From the IMG/VR virus record IMGVR_UViG_2930414654_000002, positions 96-64,095 of that record: a stretch of 64,000 nt of DNA, one strand, 5' to 3'. This document shows, piece by piece, positions 1-9,498 of the stretch. The notes under the pieces were generated by a model, which was not told the origin of the DNA, ran no database searches, and saw only the letters and a list, made by a program, of their open reading frames with translations. The stretch's first letter is position 1. Each line of letters opens with the position of its first letter. This DNA comes from a virus (taxonomy: Duplodnaviria; Caudoviricetes). A program made the position numbers and the translations under genes.

Positions 1-136
1 CGCCGGAGAGGATGCCGGGCGACTTGCCGGTCACTCCCACCACCGGATCGCCGCCGGCGGCGGCGGTGGTTCCGGTGGAGCCGAGCAGTGCGGTGGCGCT
101 GCGGGCGCCGACCACGAGGGCCGTACGGATACGCAT
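1..136 (-). CDS. Chaplin-family secreted protein, 5' part (runs off window)
   Basis: Read manually: MRIRTALVVGARSATALLGSTGTTAAAGGDPVVGVTGKSPGILSG. Signal-peptide-like N-terminus, chaplin SPG(I/V)LSG motif and GGGAGA RBS. Confidence 0.7.
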   Translation of the reverse strand, partial: MRIRTALVVGARSATALLGSTGTTAAAGGDPVVGVTGKSPGILSG

Positions 137-287
137 GTGCTCTCCCGTGCGAGGTGGTTGTTTTCTCCACGCCCACCGTGGGCGTGCACGCCGCCCCCCG
201 CACTTCGGCCTGCTCCGCCCGGGTGGGCGCGTTGGTACGGTGCGAGCCGGCGGGGAACCGCCCGGACGGAGCGGAAGGGGGCCGCGG

Positions 288-536
288 ATGGCCGCGGAGG
301 AGGAGCCGCACGGCGGCGGAGGAGAGCACGGCGAACGCGCCGAGGCGGTGGCGCTCCCCGGCAGCCGGCCGGTCGGGGGACGACGGGTGCTGTGCCGGAT
401 GTGCGGGCAGCCACTGCGCGACCGCGCCTCCCGGCTCTGGGGCCTGGGGCCCGACTGCCGGCACAAGCTGTCCCTGCGTACCGCCCCCGAACCGCCCCGG
501 AACGAGGTCGACCAGGACGTGCTGCCCGGGCTGTGA
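288..536 (+). CDS. Small Zn-finger protein (DUF6011-like), host
   Basis: CRMCGQPLRD..SRLWGLGPDC motif; ATG at 288 after GGAAGGGG. Confidence 0.7.
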   Translation: MAAEEEPHGGGGEHGERAEAVALPGSRPVGGRRVLCRMCGQPLRDRASRLWGLGPDCRHKLSLRTAPEPPRNEVDQDVLPGL

Positions 537-587
537 CCGGCGGCTCCTGGCGCGTCTGCACGGGGATTCCGCGGCGCGACGGGAATC

Positions 588-941
588 ATGGGGGAGCACA
601 CCGGCGAAAGGCAGCTCCCCGTGTCCCAGCCACCGCAGCCCGGGCCCGACCGGAACGACGACCGCCGCTCCCGGCGTTCCCGCTCCGGCACGGAACCGGT
701 GACCGCGCGCAGCGACCTGTGGCTGCGCACTCTGCTGTCGTCCGTCGGAGTGCCGTTCTTCGCCGCGGCCGCCGCGCTGTTCGCCTGGTGGGCCGCGGCC
801 TCGGACAGCCACAGCACCCCCAGCGACCGGGTGCTGACCGTGCTGGCGGCGCTGTGCGCCGCGTTGGCGCTGATCGCGGCTGTCGATCTGCTGGTGCTCC
901 GGCGCAGGCGGGCGCAGGAGCGGCAGCGGCGCCGCCACTGA
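588..941 (+). CDS. Small two-TM membrane protein (DUF6343-like), host
   Basis: RSGTEPVTARS motif followed by two hydrophobic helices. Confidence 0.65.
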   Translation: MGEHTGERQLPVSQPPQPGPDRNDDRRSRRSRSGTEPVTARSDLWLRTLLSSVGVPFFAAAAALFAWWAAASDSHSTPSDRVLTVLAALCAALALIAAVDLLVLRRRRAQERQRRRH

Positions 942-1076
942 GCCGACGGGCGCTCCGGGAGTCTTCCGGTCCGGTCCGGCTCCGGGAGCTTCCCGGTTCC
1001 CCCTGGGGACTCCCGGTTCAGCCCCGGGGCCCGGCGCGCGGGCCGTGGGCTTCCGGAACCGCGTGCCGCGGGGTGC

Positions 1077-1214
1077 TCAGCCCACCGGCTGGCCCGCGTG
1101 CGGGCTGAGGACACCTGCCGCCATCAGGGCGAAGAGGGCCACCCCGAGCAGGATCCGGTAGATGACGAACGGCATGAAGCTGCGGGTGGAGATGAAGCGC
1201 ATGAACCAGGTCAT
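1077..1214 (-). pseudogene. uppP: 3' fragment of undecaprenyl-diphosphate phosphatase, split by prophage insertion
   Basis: WFMRFISTRSFMPFVIYRILLG matches the UppP/BacA C-terminal helix (SF.PFV.YR..LG). Similarity stops at the integrase stop codon. Confidence 0.85.
1190..1213. other. Approximate left prophage attachment junction
   Basis: Switch from uppP coding sequence to the integrase stop. The partner att copy was not seen in the window, so the exact core is unknown. Confidence 0.6.
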
Positions 1215-2587
1215 CCATCGAACTCTTCGGCGGCCTTGACCTGCGCCTTCATCCACTCCATGAGCGGCGGTGGGAGAGGAATGGGAGAAGACTCCCACAG
1301 GCGTTCACCCTCCCGGGCGACAAACCGCATCCACCTGGCCTGCAGCGTTTCCATGATGGCCCGCTCCATGCCCGTTGTCACGTTCGCGTACAGGCCCTCC
1401 ACGCCCGCCACCTCGTGCCCCATGCGCGTCTCCGTCGCGATCCGGCTGTGCCCGTCCTCGTCCAACCACTCCTTGTGCCCGTGCCGCAGCAGGTACAGGC
1501 GCTTCCCCGCATAGCCCGTGGCCGGCAGCTCCGGCACCGGCCGCCGTGAGCCGGCCGTCTGCTGCTGACCCAGCCGCACACGCTCGTACCTCTCGCGGCT
1601 CTCCCTGCCGTCCGCGATGGGCCGCCAGTAGTGGTAGGTGAAGTTCGCGTTGGCGAGCGACCCGCCGCCGATACCGCGAAACACGGTCGGCGCCTCGTGC
1701 GAGTCGAGGAGCATCTCCAGCAGCTCCGCGAGGAACGCCGGCACCACCAGGTCCCGATACGACTCGTACTTCGGCGGGAACAGCTTGATGGGCCCGGTGC
1801 CGTTCTCCCGCTGGTACTGCCACTCGACGCGCAGCGCCGGCATGGGCTCGTCCCCGCGGTAGCGCTGCAGCGACTCCTCGCGCCGCTCCGGGTCCGGATC
1901 CGACGCCGGCCAGGCGGGGTGGCAGAACTCGCGGCGCAGGGCGTACAGCTCCCCGGGGCGCATCCCGGTGAACGGCATCGTGTACATGAAGACGTAGCCG
2001 TCGAGACCCCAGAAGGCGAGCGCGTTGAGTGCGAGACGGTGCACGTCCTCGATGCGCATTTCGCGCTTCTTCTCGCGCGGCTTCTTCTTGTACTTCCCGC
2101 GGCGGCTCTTGCGCTTCACGGGGGAGGCGGCCCGCAGCCCGTCGTCGACCGCGTCGTCCATCATCATCGAGAAGACCAGCAGGATCTCACCCGCATACCG
2201 GGTCCCGACGTTCGGCCGGGCCTTGAGCTCCTTCTCCCACAGCCGGTACTGGCTGGGCTTGATGTCGCCCACGGGGACGTCGCCCCAGCGGGGCTCGATG
2301 TACAGACGGATGAACGATCGGACGTTGTGCAGGCGCAGGTGGCCGACATCGAGGGTGTCGGGCCAGGTGCGGCAGTAGTCCCGCATCAGGATGGAGCCGT
2401 CGCGCCGGCTGATGTACCGGTCGTTGCGGACGTCGGCTTCCCGGTCGAGGCCGTAGTCGTATGCCTCGTCCTCGCTCCAGTCGGTGGACGACAGCGAGTC
2501 GTAGATCTTCTTGCCGGTGTCGGGGTCGACGCGGCCGGTGTCCCACCGCACTCGAACGCTGCGTCCTCGCCGCTCGATGTACGGCAT
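1211..2587 (-). CDS. int: Tyrosine integrase
   Basis: TGMRPGEL (Arg I), YLLRH, RMGH...GLY (His/Tyr); N-terminal arm-binding-like segment. Confidence 0.92.
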   Translation of the reverse strand: MPYIERRGRSVRVRWDTGRVDPDTGKKIYDSLSSTDWSEDEAYDYGLDREADVRNDRYISRRDGSILMRDYCRTWPDTLDVGHLRLHNVRSFIRLYIEPRWGDVPVGDIKPSQYRLWEKELKARPNVGTRYAGEILLVFSMMMDDAVDDGLRAASPVKRKSRRGKYKKKPREKKREMRIEDVHRLALNALAFWGLDGYVFMYTMPFTGMRPGELYALRREFCHPAWPASDPDPERREESLQRYRGDEPMPALRVEWQYQRENGTGPIKLFPPKYESYRDLVVPAFLAELLEMLLDSHEAPTVFRGIGGGSLANANFTYHYWRPIADGRESRERYERVRLGQQQTAGSRRPVPELPATGYAGKRLYLLRHGHKEWLDEDGHSRIATETRMGHEVAGVEGLYANVTTGMERAIMETLQARWMRFVAREGERLWESSPIPLPPPLMEWMKAQVKAAEEFDG

Positions 2588-2659
2588 CGCATGCTCCTCC
2601 GGTACGGCGGTGCGCGGCGGGCACCCCCTGTCCGCCGCGCGTTCCCGCTCGACGGTGCG

Positions 2660-2863
2660 CTAGGCCAGGTGGGCTACGGGGCATCCCTGGCAGAGCGCAC
2701 AGTCACCTCCTTGACGCTTGACCAGGTCGCGCACGACGGCTCTGGCGTGAGCGTCGTGCGCGACTCGGGGCGTCGTTGCGCACACGATTGTGTCATCGAT
2801 CTTTCCTCGGAACCCGTAGAACTCGGCGCCGAGGTCGAGCGTGACTGGCTCGTAGTGCAGCAT
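2660..2863 (-). CDS. Small Cys-rich protein (C-terminal CxxCxxC) between repressor and int
   Basis: ATG after GGAAGGGG; ends CALCQGC. Confidence 0.6.
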   Translation of the reverse strand: MLHYEPVTLDLGAEFYGFRGKIDDTIVCATTPRVAHDAHARAVVRDLVKRQGGDCALCQGCPVAHLA

Positions 2864-3001
2864 GAGCTTCCCCCTTCCGGAGAAGTTGGAACCTCCCAAG
2901 TAGCGCCAATAGTCCCATGTTCAACAGCACTTGTTGGTGTGTCTGGTGCTGGTGTGACTGGTGGTTATGTAACAACTTGGCTCACGGAAAGGGTTGTACG
3001 G

Positions 3002-3430
3002 CTAGCGCAACTTTCCTTGCCGTTCGAGTTCCTCGAGGACCTGCTGCTTGAGCTTCCGGATCTCGGGGGCGGGGAGGTCGGTCGTGGCGACCGCCGCGTC
3101 CTGCACTGCCTGGCCGACCGCGTCTTTGAGGTCGTCGGGTTGCACGGGGGAGATGACGGAGCCGTCGGGGCCCGGCTCGATGGTCGTGGGGCTGCCGCCG
3201 CGCAGGATCTCCTGGCAGGAGCCGGCGGCCCAGCCGAGCGCTGGTTCGATCTTTCCGTAGGTGTTGTCGCGGACGGACTGTCCGGCTTCGACCTGGTTGT
3301 AGGTGTTGATGTTGAGGTCGGCGTCGCGGGCGACGTCGACCTTCGTCTTTCCCAGTTGCGTGCGGCGTAGGCGTACCTGCTCGGCCAGCCTCAGGCGGTG
3401 TTCCTTGGGTGTGGAGGGCATGCCCCGCAT
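3002..3430 (-). CDS. Immunity repressor, XRE-family HTH
   Basis: VRLRRTQLGKTKVDVARDADLNINTYNQVEAG HTH; divergent from cro-like gene. Confidence 0.85.
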   Translation of the reverse strand: MRGMPSTPKEHRLRLAEQVRLRRTQLGKTKVDVARDADLNINTYNQVEAGQSVRDNTYGKIEPALGWAAGSCQEILRGGSPTTIEPGPDGSVISPVQPDDLKDAVGQAVQDAAVATTDLPAPEIRKLKQQVLEELERQGKLR

Positions 3431-3576
3431 CTTCTCAGGAACGCACAGGAACCGCCAGGAACACCTGTGATCGGCTGATTCCGGACCGTAGTGACACTGT
3501 GAGAAACAGCGAGAAACGATGAAGTTACTGCCCAGTTCTACTAGAAACCATTAGAAGAAGCGGCTACCTTCTCTTC
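3431..3576. promoter_or_regulatory. Divergent lysis/lysogeny switch with phased repeats
   Basis: CAGGAAC at 3436, 3446, 3456; GAGAAAC at 3501, 3511; TAGAAA-N17-TACCTT (3542-3570) ends 6 nt before the cro ATG, suggesting a leaderless mRNA. Confidence 0.7.
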
Positions 3577-3828
3577 ATGGAACAACCCCCAGCCACCTTC
3601 GAGGTGAACGGGGCGGCAGTCCGCACCATCCGAATGCGCCACGGGCTCGACCAGGCACAAGCGGCACATGCAGCAGGCATAACCGCCAGCTACCTGAGCC
3701 GCCTGGAGACCGGCACGCGCACCCGCATGAGGCCGGACACCTACGCCGCGCTCCGCACAGCCCTACGCGCCACCGACGACCAGCTCCTCGCACCACTCGA
3801 CGAGGAGCCCACCGAAGAGAAGAGGTGA
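3577..3828 (+). CDS. Cro-like XRE HTH protein
   Basis: GLDQAQAAHAAGITASYLSRLETG HTH. Confidence 0.85.
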   Translation: MEQPPATFEVNGAAVRTIRMRHGLDQAQAAHAAGITASYLSRLETGTRTRMRPDTYAALRTALRATDDQLLAPLDEEPTEEKR

Positions 3829-4151
3829 CCATGTCTCCCCGCCCGACCCCCACGCCCCGCGGCCTTGAGACCTACTACAACGTCAAGCAGGCCACGGTCC
3901 GCCTCGGACTCGCCACCGCGGACGAGTCCGACTGGAGCGGCCAGAAGTGGCTTCGTGACGGGGCCAACCGGCCGGCCGACGGCAGCAAGGGCGACCCGTT
4001 CCCCTGCACCCGCATGGCCGGGCGGCTCCTGTTCTCCGAGTCGCAGCTCGCCCAGATCGCCGAGATGCACGCGAACGCTCCCGAGCGCCGTGGGCGGGGC
4101 CGCAAGACGCGCAAGCCGACCGTCAAGCAGCCGGCCACCGTCGCCGCCTGA
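3825..4151 (+). CDS. Excisionase-like winged-helix protein
   Basis: YYNVKQAT..LG...WLR...FPCTRMAGRLLFSESQL pattern; position after cro. Confidence 0.65.
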   Translation: MTMSPRPTPTPRGLETYYNVKQATVRLGLATADESDWSGQKWLRDGANRPADGSKGDPFPCTRMAGRLLFSESQLAQIAEMHANAPERRGRGRKTRKPTVKQPATVAA

Positions 4152-4251
4152 GTGCGGCAAACGGCCCCAACCGCCGGGCTTCCACACACCGGCAGCAGGG
4201 GCCTCGGAACCACCCTCAACCACAAGAAAGGGGCGCCCCGTGCGTCACATC

Positions 4252-4878
4252 ATGACACCCACCGAACAGACACCGCTCACACCGGAGCGCGAGCGGGAGA
4301 TCCGCGACCGCCGCGAGGCCGTCACCGACACGCCGTGGGGCAGCTACCGCGACCTGGGCGGCGAGTACACCGTCGAGGCCGGTGCGACGATCACCCTCGA
4401 CGAGGGCTTCTCCTCCACCGGCATGGTCGCCCGCGTCTACGGCGACAGCGACGAGCAGCGCTACCGGCGGGCCGACTTCATCACCCAGGCGCCCACCGAC
4501 ATCGACCGCCTCCACACCGAGCTGGACCGGGTGCGCGCCGAGCTGCAGGGGGCGCGGGCCACTGTCACCGAGCTGACGGCCGCCCGTGACGCCGCCACCG
4601 CCGAGGCCGAGTCCCTGCGTAGCCAGCTCGCCGACGCCTACGGCAGCACGGCCGCCGAGTGGATGCAGACCCAGCAGCAGCTCATCACCACGCTGATGGC
4701 CCGCGTCGCCGAGCTGGAGGCCCGCCCGTCCCTGACGGCGGAGCAGGTCGCGGTCAAGGGCGCCGTGTACTGGGAGGTGCTGGCGCACCGCGACGACCCC
4801 GACCTGTCGTCCCGGATCGCCGCCGCCGTCACCAGCGCGCTCGCCGAGGTCCGGGCCGAGGCAGGTGACCGGCGATGA
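4252..4878 (+). CDS. Ead/Ea22-like coiled-coil early protein
   Basis: TPW...ADFITQAPTDIDRLHTELDRVRAEL motif. Confidence 0.55.
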   Translation: MTPTEQTPLTPEREREIRDRREAVTDTPWGSYRDLGGEYTVEAGATITLDEGFSSTGMVARVYGDSDEQRYRRADFITQAPTDIDRLHTELDRVRAELQGARATVTELTAARDAATAEAESLRSQLADAYGSTAAEWMQTQQQLITTLMARVAELEARPSLTAEQVAVKGAVYWEVLAHRDDPDLSSRIAAAVTSALAEVRAEAGDRR

Positions 4879-5150
4879 CGATGCCTTCCCCGTTCGAGCC
4901 GGACGCTTTCGACCGCATCACGGCCCGGCTGCCGCACCTGTCGGCGTGGCAGGCCGCCTGGAACCAGGCCGCCGACGATCTGGCCGACACCTCTGTCGTC
5001 GAGATCTACCCCGAGGACATCGGCCGGCTCGCCTGGGAGCTGCTGCCCGAGCAGGAGCGCGACGAAGCACTCGGCGCCCTCTTCTACTGCTGGTGGGCCG
5101 CCATGCAGAACGACCGCGAACAGCTCGCCACCGAGAGGGGCGACCGGTGA
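4875..5150 (+). CDS. Hypothetical phage protein
   Basis: ATGA-coupled ORF with typical codon bias. Confidence 0.65.
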   Translation: MTMPSPFEPDAFDRITARLPHLSAWQAAWNQAADDLADTSVVEIYPEDIGRLAWELLPEQERDEALGALFYCWWAAMQNDREQLATERGDR

Positions 5151-5413
5151 TGGCACTCACGATCCCCGCACCCGCACCGGAGGGCCACGAGCAGTGCAGC
5201 GGCTTCATCTCGGACGCTCCCCGCGCCCCGGGCCTGTGCGCTGTCTGTGGTGACTCCTGGGCCTGGCACCGCGCCGACGACGGCCGTCTCGCCGAGCAGA
5301 TGCACCAGCTCGACACCGCCGACGGTGCGTTCGCCGCACTCGCCGTCCAGCACCCCGACCGCTGCCACACCCCCGACGACTACAACGGCTGGACCCCCGG
5401 AGGAGCCGCATGA
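5150..5413 (+). CDS. Hypothetical phage protein (Cys/His)
   Basis: TGATG coupling; CAVCG motif. Confidence 0.6.
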   Translation: MALTIPAPAPEGHEQCSGFISDAPRAPGLCAVCGDSWAWHRADDGRLAEQMHQLDTADGAFAALAVQHPDRCHTPDDYNGWTPGGAA

Positions 5414-5745
5414 GCGCCCCGAAGCTTTCTGCCGGATGGAACAAGGTCTCCCTGCGCGAGGGCGGCGAGATGGCAGCCGAGGTGCTGCGTGAGGCCGCTG
5501 CCGAAGTCGTGGCGTTCTGCCCTGAGCACGGCGACCGCGACACCGTGCGGATGGCCTGCCACTGCGAGCTCGCCGACGAACTCCGCCGCAACGCCGCCGA
5601 AGTAGGTGAGACGGCGGGCGGAACGTGCGGGGCAAAGCTCACTCCCCGGAGCGGCACCCGGCCGTGCGTGCTCCCCGCCGGACACCCCGGACACCATCAG
5701 GACCAGCACACGAACACCTGGCCCAACTCGGGCGGCGCGTCATGA
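5410..5745 (+). CDS. Hypothetical phage protein
   Basis: GGAG RBS and ATGA coupling; CVLPAGHPGHH motif. Confidence 0.6.
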   Translation: MSAPKLSAGWNKVSLREGGEMAAEVLREAAAEVVAFCPEHGDRDTVRMACHCELADELRRNAAEVGETAGGTCGAKLTPRSGTRPCVLPAGHPGHHQDQHTNTWPNSGGAS

Positions 5746-6164
5746 GCCTCGAACTCCGCACGTACCGGACCGCACGCACCGCGAAGCGCTGCAACATGCA
5801 CCTCTGCCACACCCGAATCCAGCCCGGAGACCGGTACCTGCGCGCGTCGCTCCCGCCGCTGGTCGATCCCAACTCCAGCGAGCACTGGTGGTCGATGAAC
5901 GTCTGCACCGCATGCATGACCGACGAGGCGAAGGCCGCCGGGGTCCGGGCCGACGAGTTCAACGCCCGGTATCCCGTCGGTACCCGCGTCATCGCCTACC
6001 CCGGCGCCCGGCCGGAGGACGACGCCACCGCCACCCGCATCGACACGACGACCCGCAGCCGGGCCACCGTCCTCGGCGGCCACACCGCCGTCGTCTGGGT
6101 CCACGGCCACAGCGCCTGCATCGCCCTCACCCACATCGACGTGCTCCCTGGAGGTGCCGCATGA
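5742..6164 (+). CDS. Hypothetical phage protein (Zn-ribbon + FNARYPVGT domain)
   Basis: Coupled ORF; CxxxxC..CTAC. Confidence 0.65.
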   Translation: MSLELRTYRTARTAKRCNMHLCHTRIQPGDRYLRASLPPLVDPNSSEHWWSMNVCTACMTDEAKAAGVRADEFNARYPVGTRVIAYPGARPEDDATATRIDTTTRSRATVLGGHTAVVWVHGHSACIALTHIDVLPGGAA

Positions 6165-6547
6165 CCGCCTGGGAACCGCGGCTGGCGGGCCACAGCCTGC
6201 CCACCATCAACCAGAACGGCGACATCGACGGCTTCGTCTACCACCTGCCCGGCACCGCCCAGCAGGGTCTGGCCGCACCGATGACCGACGAGCGGCTGGA
6301 GGAGATCCGCCGCACCATCCCCGAGACCTACCGGGGTCCGTGGGTTTACCGACCGAGCGACGAAGGCGACTGGTGGGTCGAGTACCCGTCCGACAACCCG
6401 CAGGCGGGGCACGTCGCGACCGTCCCCGACTACGGCGAGAACCTCGCCTTCTTCATCGCCAAGGCGCGCACCGCCGTGCCGGAACTCATCGACGAGGTCA
6501 TGCGCCTCCAAGCCGAACTGGCCGCCGAGCGGGGTGAGTCCCGATGA
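6161..6547 (+). CDS. Ead/Ea22-like early protein
   Basis: RLEEIR...GPW...FIAKARTAVPELIDEVMRL. Confidence 0.55.
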   Translation: MTAWEPRLAGHSLPTINQNGDIDGFVYHLPGTAQQGLAAPMTDERLEEIRRTIPETYRGPWVYRPSDEGDWWVEYPSDNPQAGHVATVPDYGENLAFFIAKARTAVPELIDEVMRLQAELAAERGESR

Positions 6548-6822
6548 CGTTCACGCACGACGGCACGGTCTTCGACCTGGACATCGAGCACGCGGATGTG
6601 TTCGGCACCCACTGGACGTGGACCGGCGAGCACAGCCCGGCCGGTGAGCCGCTGATGCAGTCGATCCGCCGCCCCTACGGGCCCGGCCGCCCCAGCCACA
6701 CCCGGCCCTACGACAGCCAGCCCCTCCCACTGCCCGACGTGTACGCCATGTACGGGCCACTCATCCCCATCCACCCGACCCGCATCAACGACGCGGCATG
6801 GACCAGAGGGGTGGCCGCGTGA
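6544..6822 (+). CDS. Hypothetical phage protein
   Basis: Coupled ORF; GEPLM...LPDVY..YGPLIP. Confidence 0.65.
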   Translation: MTFTHDGTVFDLDIEHADVFGTHWTWTGEHSPAGEPLMQSIRRPYGPGRPSHTRPYDSQPLPLPDVYAMYGPLIPIHPTRINDAAWTRGVAA

Positions 6823-7055
6823 ACGGCACCGCCGCCGAGGTGTGCACCTACGCCATGGCCTTCGCCCTCGCCACACTCCGCGAACTCGTCCGCCTGCAGC
6901 AGCAGATCGCCGACCTGCAAGACGCCCTCGACGGCGCCCGCGAAGCCGTCGAAGCCGAACAAGCCGCGCACCAGAACACGCGGCTCCACGGCAGCAGCCG
7001 GCCCCGGGCGATCCCCGCCGTGACCAACCACGAACTCCCCAAGGAGGGGCAGTGA
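6819..7055 (+). CDS. Hypothetical coiled-coil protein
   Basis: GTGA coupling. Confidence 0.5.
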   Translation: MNGTAAEVCTYAMAFALATLRELVRLQQQIADLQDALDGAREAVEAEQAAHQNTRLHGSSRPRAIPAVTNHELPKEGQ

Positions 7056-7375
7056 CTCCGCCGATCGAGGCCCGCTGCGACCACTGCAAGCAGACCCGGC
7101 CCCTGTTCCTGTACGAGCCCGACCACAACATGCACGCCATCCCCGTGCCCTGCGAGTGGTGCGACCGGGAGAAGCAGCCCCTCCTGTGCGTCCGCTGCTG
7201 GGGCGCCGAGCGGGAGCGCGAGGACAACATGCCGATGTCCACCGCAGAGGAAGAGGCGACCGCGTTCCTCCTCGGCGCGGCGGCCAACAACAGCCGCATC
7301 CTCGCCCGACAGGCCGCCGACAAGGCCACCTGCGACGGCATCGCCGCCGCTACCGAGCGGGCCGAGGCCGCCTGA
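7052..7375 (+). CDS. Hypothetical Zn-finger protein
   Basis: AGGAGG RBS; three CxxC pairs. Confidence 0.6.
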   Translation: MTPPIEARCDHCKQTRPLFLYEPDHNMHAIPVPCEWCDREKQPLLCVRCWGAEREREDNMPMSTAEEEATAFLLGAAANNSRILARQAADKATCDGIAAATERAEAA

Positions 7376-7485
7376 TTCGTCCCGCGCCGGCGGATGACCA
7401 AGGGCCCCCGGCGCGGGCCACCAACCACCCCACAGGGACACCGCACCGCGGTGGCCCCGGCACACCACACCCGAAAGGAGGCGAC

Positions 7486-8424
7486 ATGCCCACCACCGAG
7501 CACCCCTACGCAGCCCCCGACGGCATCCTCATCGGACACCTCACCCCCGGCACAGCCGCATGGGACGAAGCCCGCACCGGCCTCACCGTCACCGCAACCG
7601 AGATCGCCGCCATCCTCGGCCTCTCCCCGTGGCAGTCCCGCTTCAGCCTCTGGCACAAGAAAGCCGGACTGCCCACCGCACCGTTCGAGATGACACCCGC
7701 CGTCGAGTGGGGCAACCGCCTCGAAGACCCCGTCGCCCAGAAGTGGGAGGACGAGCACCCCGGCCAGCTCGCGGCCCCCGCGGGCACGTGGCGGCACCGG
7801 GACCGCGAGTGGCAGCGCGCCACCCCCGACCGGCTCGTCTACCCCCAGCCCACCGACCCGTTCACCGTGCCCCACGAGGCCAACGGACTCCTCGAGGTGA
7901 AGACCTCACCCACCGGCGACGGCTGGGGCCCCACTGGCTCGGACGAGTTCCCCATCTACTACCGCTGCCAGGTGCAGTGGCAGATGGACACCCTCGGCCT
8001 CCCGTGGACGAAGTTCGCCGTCCTCATCGGCGGCTGCGACTACCGCGAATACCACGTCGACTACGACGAGGCCGACGCCACGCTCATGCGCGAAGCCGCC
8101 CTCACGTTCCTCCACGACGTGCGCCACGGTATCCGGCCCGCCATCGACGACAGCACGGCCACCTACCAGACGGTCCGCGCCCAGGCCGAGGGCCGCGACG
8201 ACATCGACGTCGAAATCCCCGCCGAACTCGCCGACCGCTACCTCGCCGCCGTCCGCGACGAGAAGACCGCCGAAGCCCACAAGCGGCAGGCCGCCGCCGA
8301 AGTCCTCGACCGAATCGGCACCGGCTACCGCGCCGTCCACGGCGACCGGCGCATCGCCTACCGCACCGTCCGCGACGGCCACACCCACTCCCTCACCCCC
8401 TACCAGCAGAAGGACGCCGCATGA
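7486..8424 (+). CDS. YqaJ-like viral recombinase exonuclease
   Basis: TATEIAAILGLSPW, WGNRLED, ATPD, LLEVKT, YYRCQVQWQM. Confidence 0.92.
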   Translation: MPTTEHPYAAPDGILIGHLTPGTAAWDEARTGLTVTATEIAAILGLSPWQSRFSLWHKKAGLPTAPFEMTPAVEWGNRLEDPVAQKWEDEHPGQLAAPAGTWRHRDREWQRATPDRLVYPQPTDPFTVPHEANGLLEVKTSPTGDGWGPTGSDEFPIYYRCQVQWQMDTLGLPWTKFAVLIGGCDYREYHVDYDEADATLMREAALTFLHDVRHGIRPAIDDSTATYQTVRAQAEGRDDIDVEIPAELADRYLAAVRDEKTAEAHKRQAAAEVLDRIGTGYRAVHGDRRIAYRTVRDGHTHSLTPYQQKDAA

Positions 8425-9251
8425 ACCAGATCAGCAACGCCGTCGCCAAGAGGGACGACGGGCCCGCCGCGCAGCTTCAGCAGTACCGGGACGAGTACGC
8501 CGCCCTCGTCCCCTCCCACATCAACCTCGACCAGTGGATCCGCCTGGCCGTCGGCGCAATCCGCGGCAACGAAGACCTCGAGGAGGCCGCCCGCAACGAC
8601 GTCGGCGTGTTCCTCCGCGAGATGAAGACCGCCGCCCGCCTCGGCCTGGAACCCGGCACCGAACAGTTCTACCTCACCTCCCGCAAGTCCAAGGCCCACC
8701 GCGGCCAGCCGATCATCAAGGGCATCGTCGGCTACCAGGGCATCGTCGAGCTCGTCTACCGGGCCGGCGCCGTGTCCTCCGTCATCGTCGAGACCGTCCG
8801 CCAGAGCGACACCTTCCGCTACACCCCCGGCCGCGACGAACGCCCCATCCACGAGATCGACTGGTTCGCCGACGACCGCGGCCCCCTCGTCGGCGTGTAC
8901 GCCTACGCCGTCATGAAGGACGGCGCCACCTCCAAGGTCGTCGTCCTCAACAAGCGGCAGGTCATGGAGGCCAAGGCCAAGTCCGACAGCCGCAACTCGC
9001 AGTACTCCCCGTGGCAGACCAACGAAGAAGCCATGTGGCTCAAGACCGCGGTACGCCGGCTGGCGAAGTGGGTGCCGACGTCCGCCGAGTACATGCGCGA
9101 GCAGCTCCGCGCCGCAAAGGAAGTCGCCGCCGAGCCCGCCCCGGATACGCCGCCCCTGCCGCCCGTACAGGCCGCCCCCCTCGACGACGTCGACCCCGAC
9201 ACCGGCGAAGTCCTCGAAGGCGAACTCCTCGACGAGCCCCCCACCCAGTAA
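8421..9251 (+). CDS. recT: RecT-family single-strand annealing protein
   Basis: AARLGLEPG, GYQGIVELVYR, GVYAYA, EAMWLKTAVRRLAKWVP. Confidence 0.92.
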   Translation: MNQISNAVAKRDDGPAAQLQQYRDEYAALVPSHINLDQWIRLAVGAIRGNEDLEEAARNDVGVFLREMKTAARLGLEPGTEQFYLTSRKSKAHRGQPIIKGIVGYQGIVELVYRAGAVSSVIVETVRQSDTFRYTPGRDERPIHEIDWFADDRGPLVGVYAYAVMKDGATSKVVVLNKRQVMEAKAKSDSRNSQYSPWQTNEEAMWLKTAVRRLAKWVPTSAEYMREQLRAAKEVAAEPAPDTPPLPPVQAAPLDDVDPDTGEVLEGELLDEPPTQ

Positions 9252-9324
9252 CCCGCCCGGGCCGTCCCGCCCGCCGCTAACAGGCGGGGCGGCCCCAAGC
9301 CAACCGTACTCACAGGAGGCACCA

Positions 9325-9498
9325 GTGCAGATCTCAACCACCGGAAACAAGATCCTCGTCGAACTCGACCACGAAGAAGCCGCCGCCGTCCGCGACGACC
9401 TCGGCGACATCTGGGCCAGCAAGGTCAGCACCGCTGGCGACCGCCTCCACAGCCTGCTGGAGGACACCACCGCCGTCACCGAGGAGGCGGCCCGATGA
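9325..9498 (+). CDS. Small hypothetical protein (57 aa, below the ORF-track cutoff)
   Basis: AGGAGG RBS + GTG; MQISTTGNKILVELDHEEAAAVRDDLG... Confidence 0.6.
   Translation: MQISTTGNKILVELDHEEAAAVRDDLGDIWASKVSTAGDRLHSLLEDTTAVTEEAAR

Noticed and set aside
942-1076. TCCGG/CCCGG-rich repeats between convergent host genes
   Set aside because: Irregular low-complexity GC DNA in a terminator region, with no constant period.
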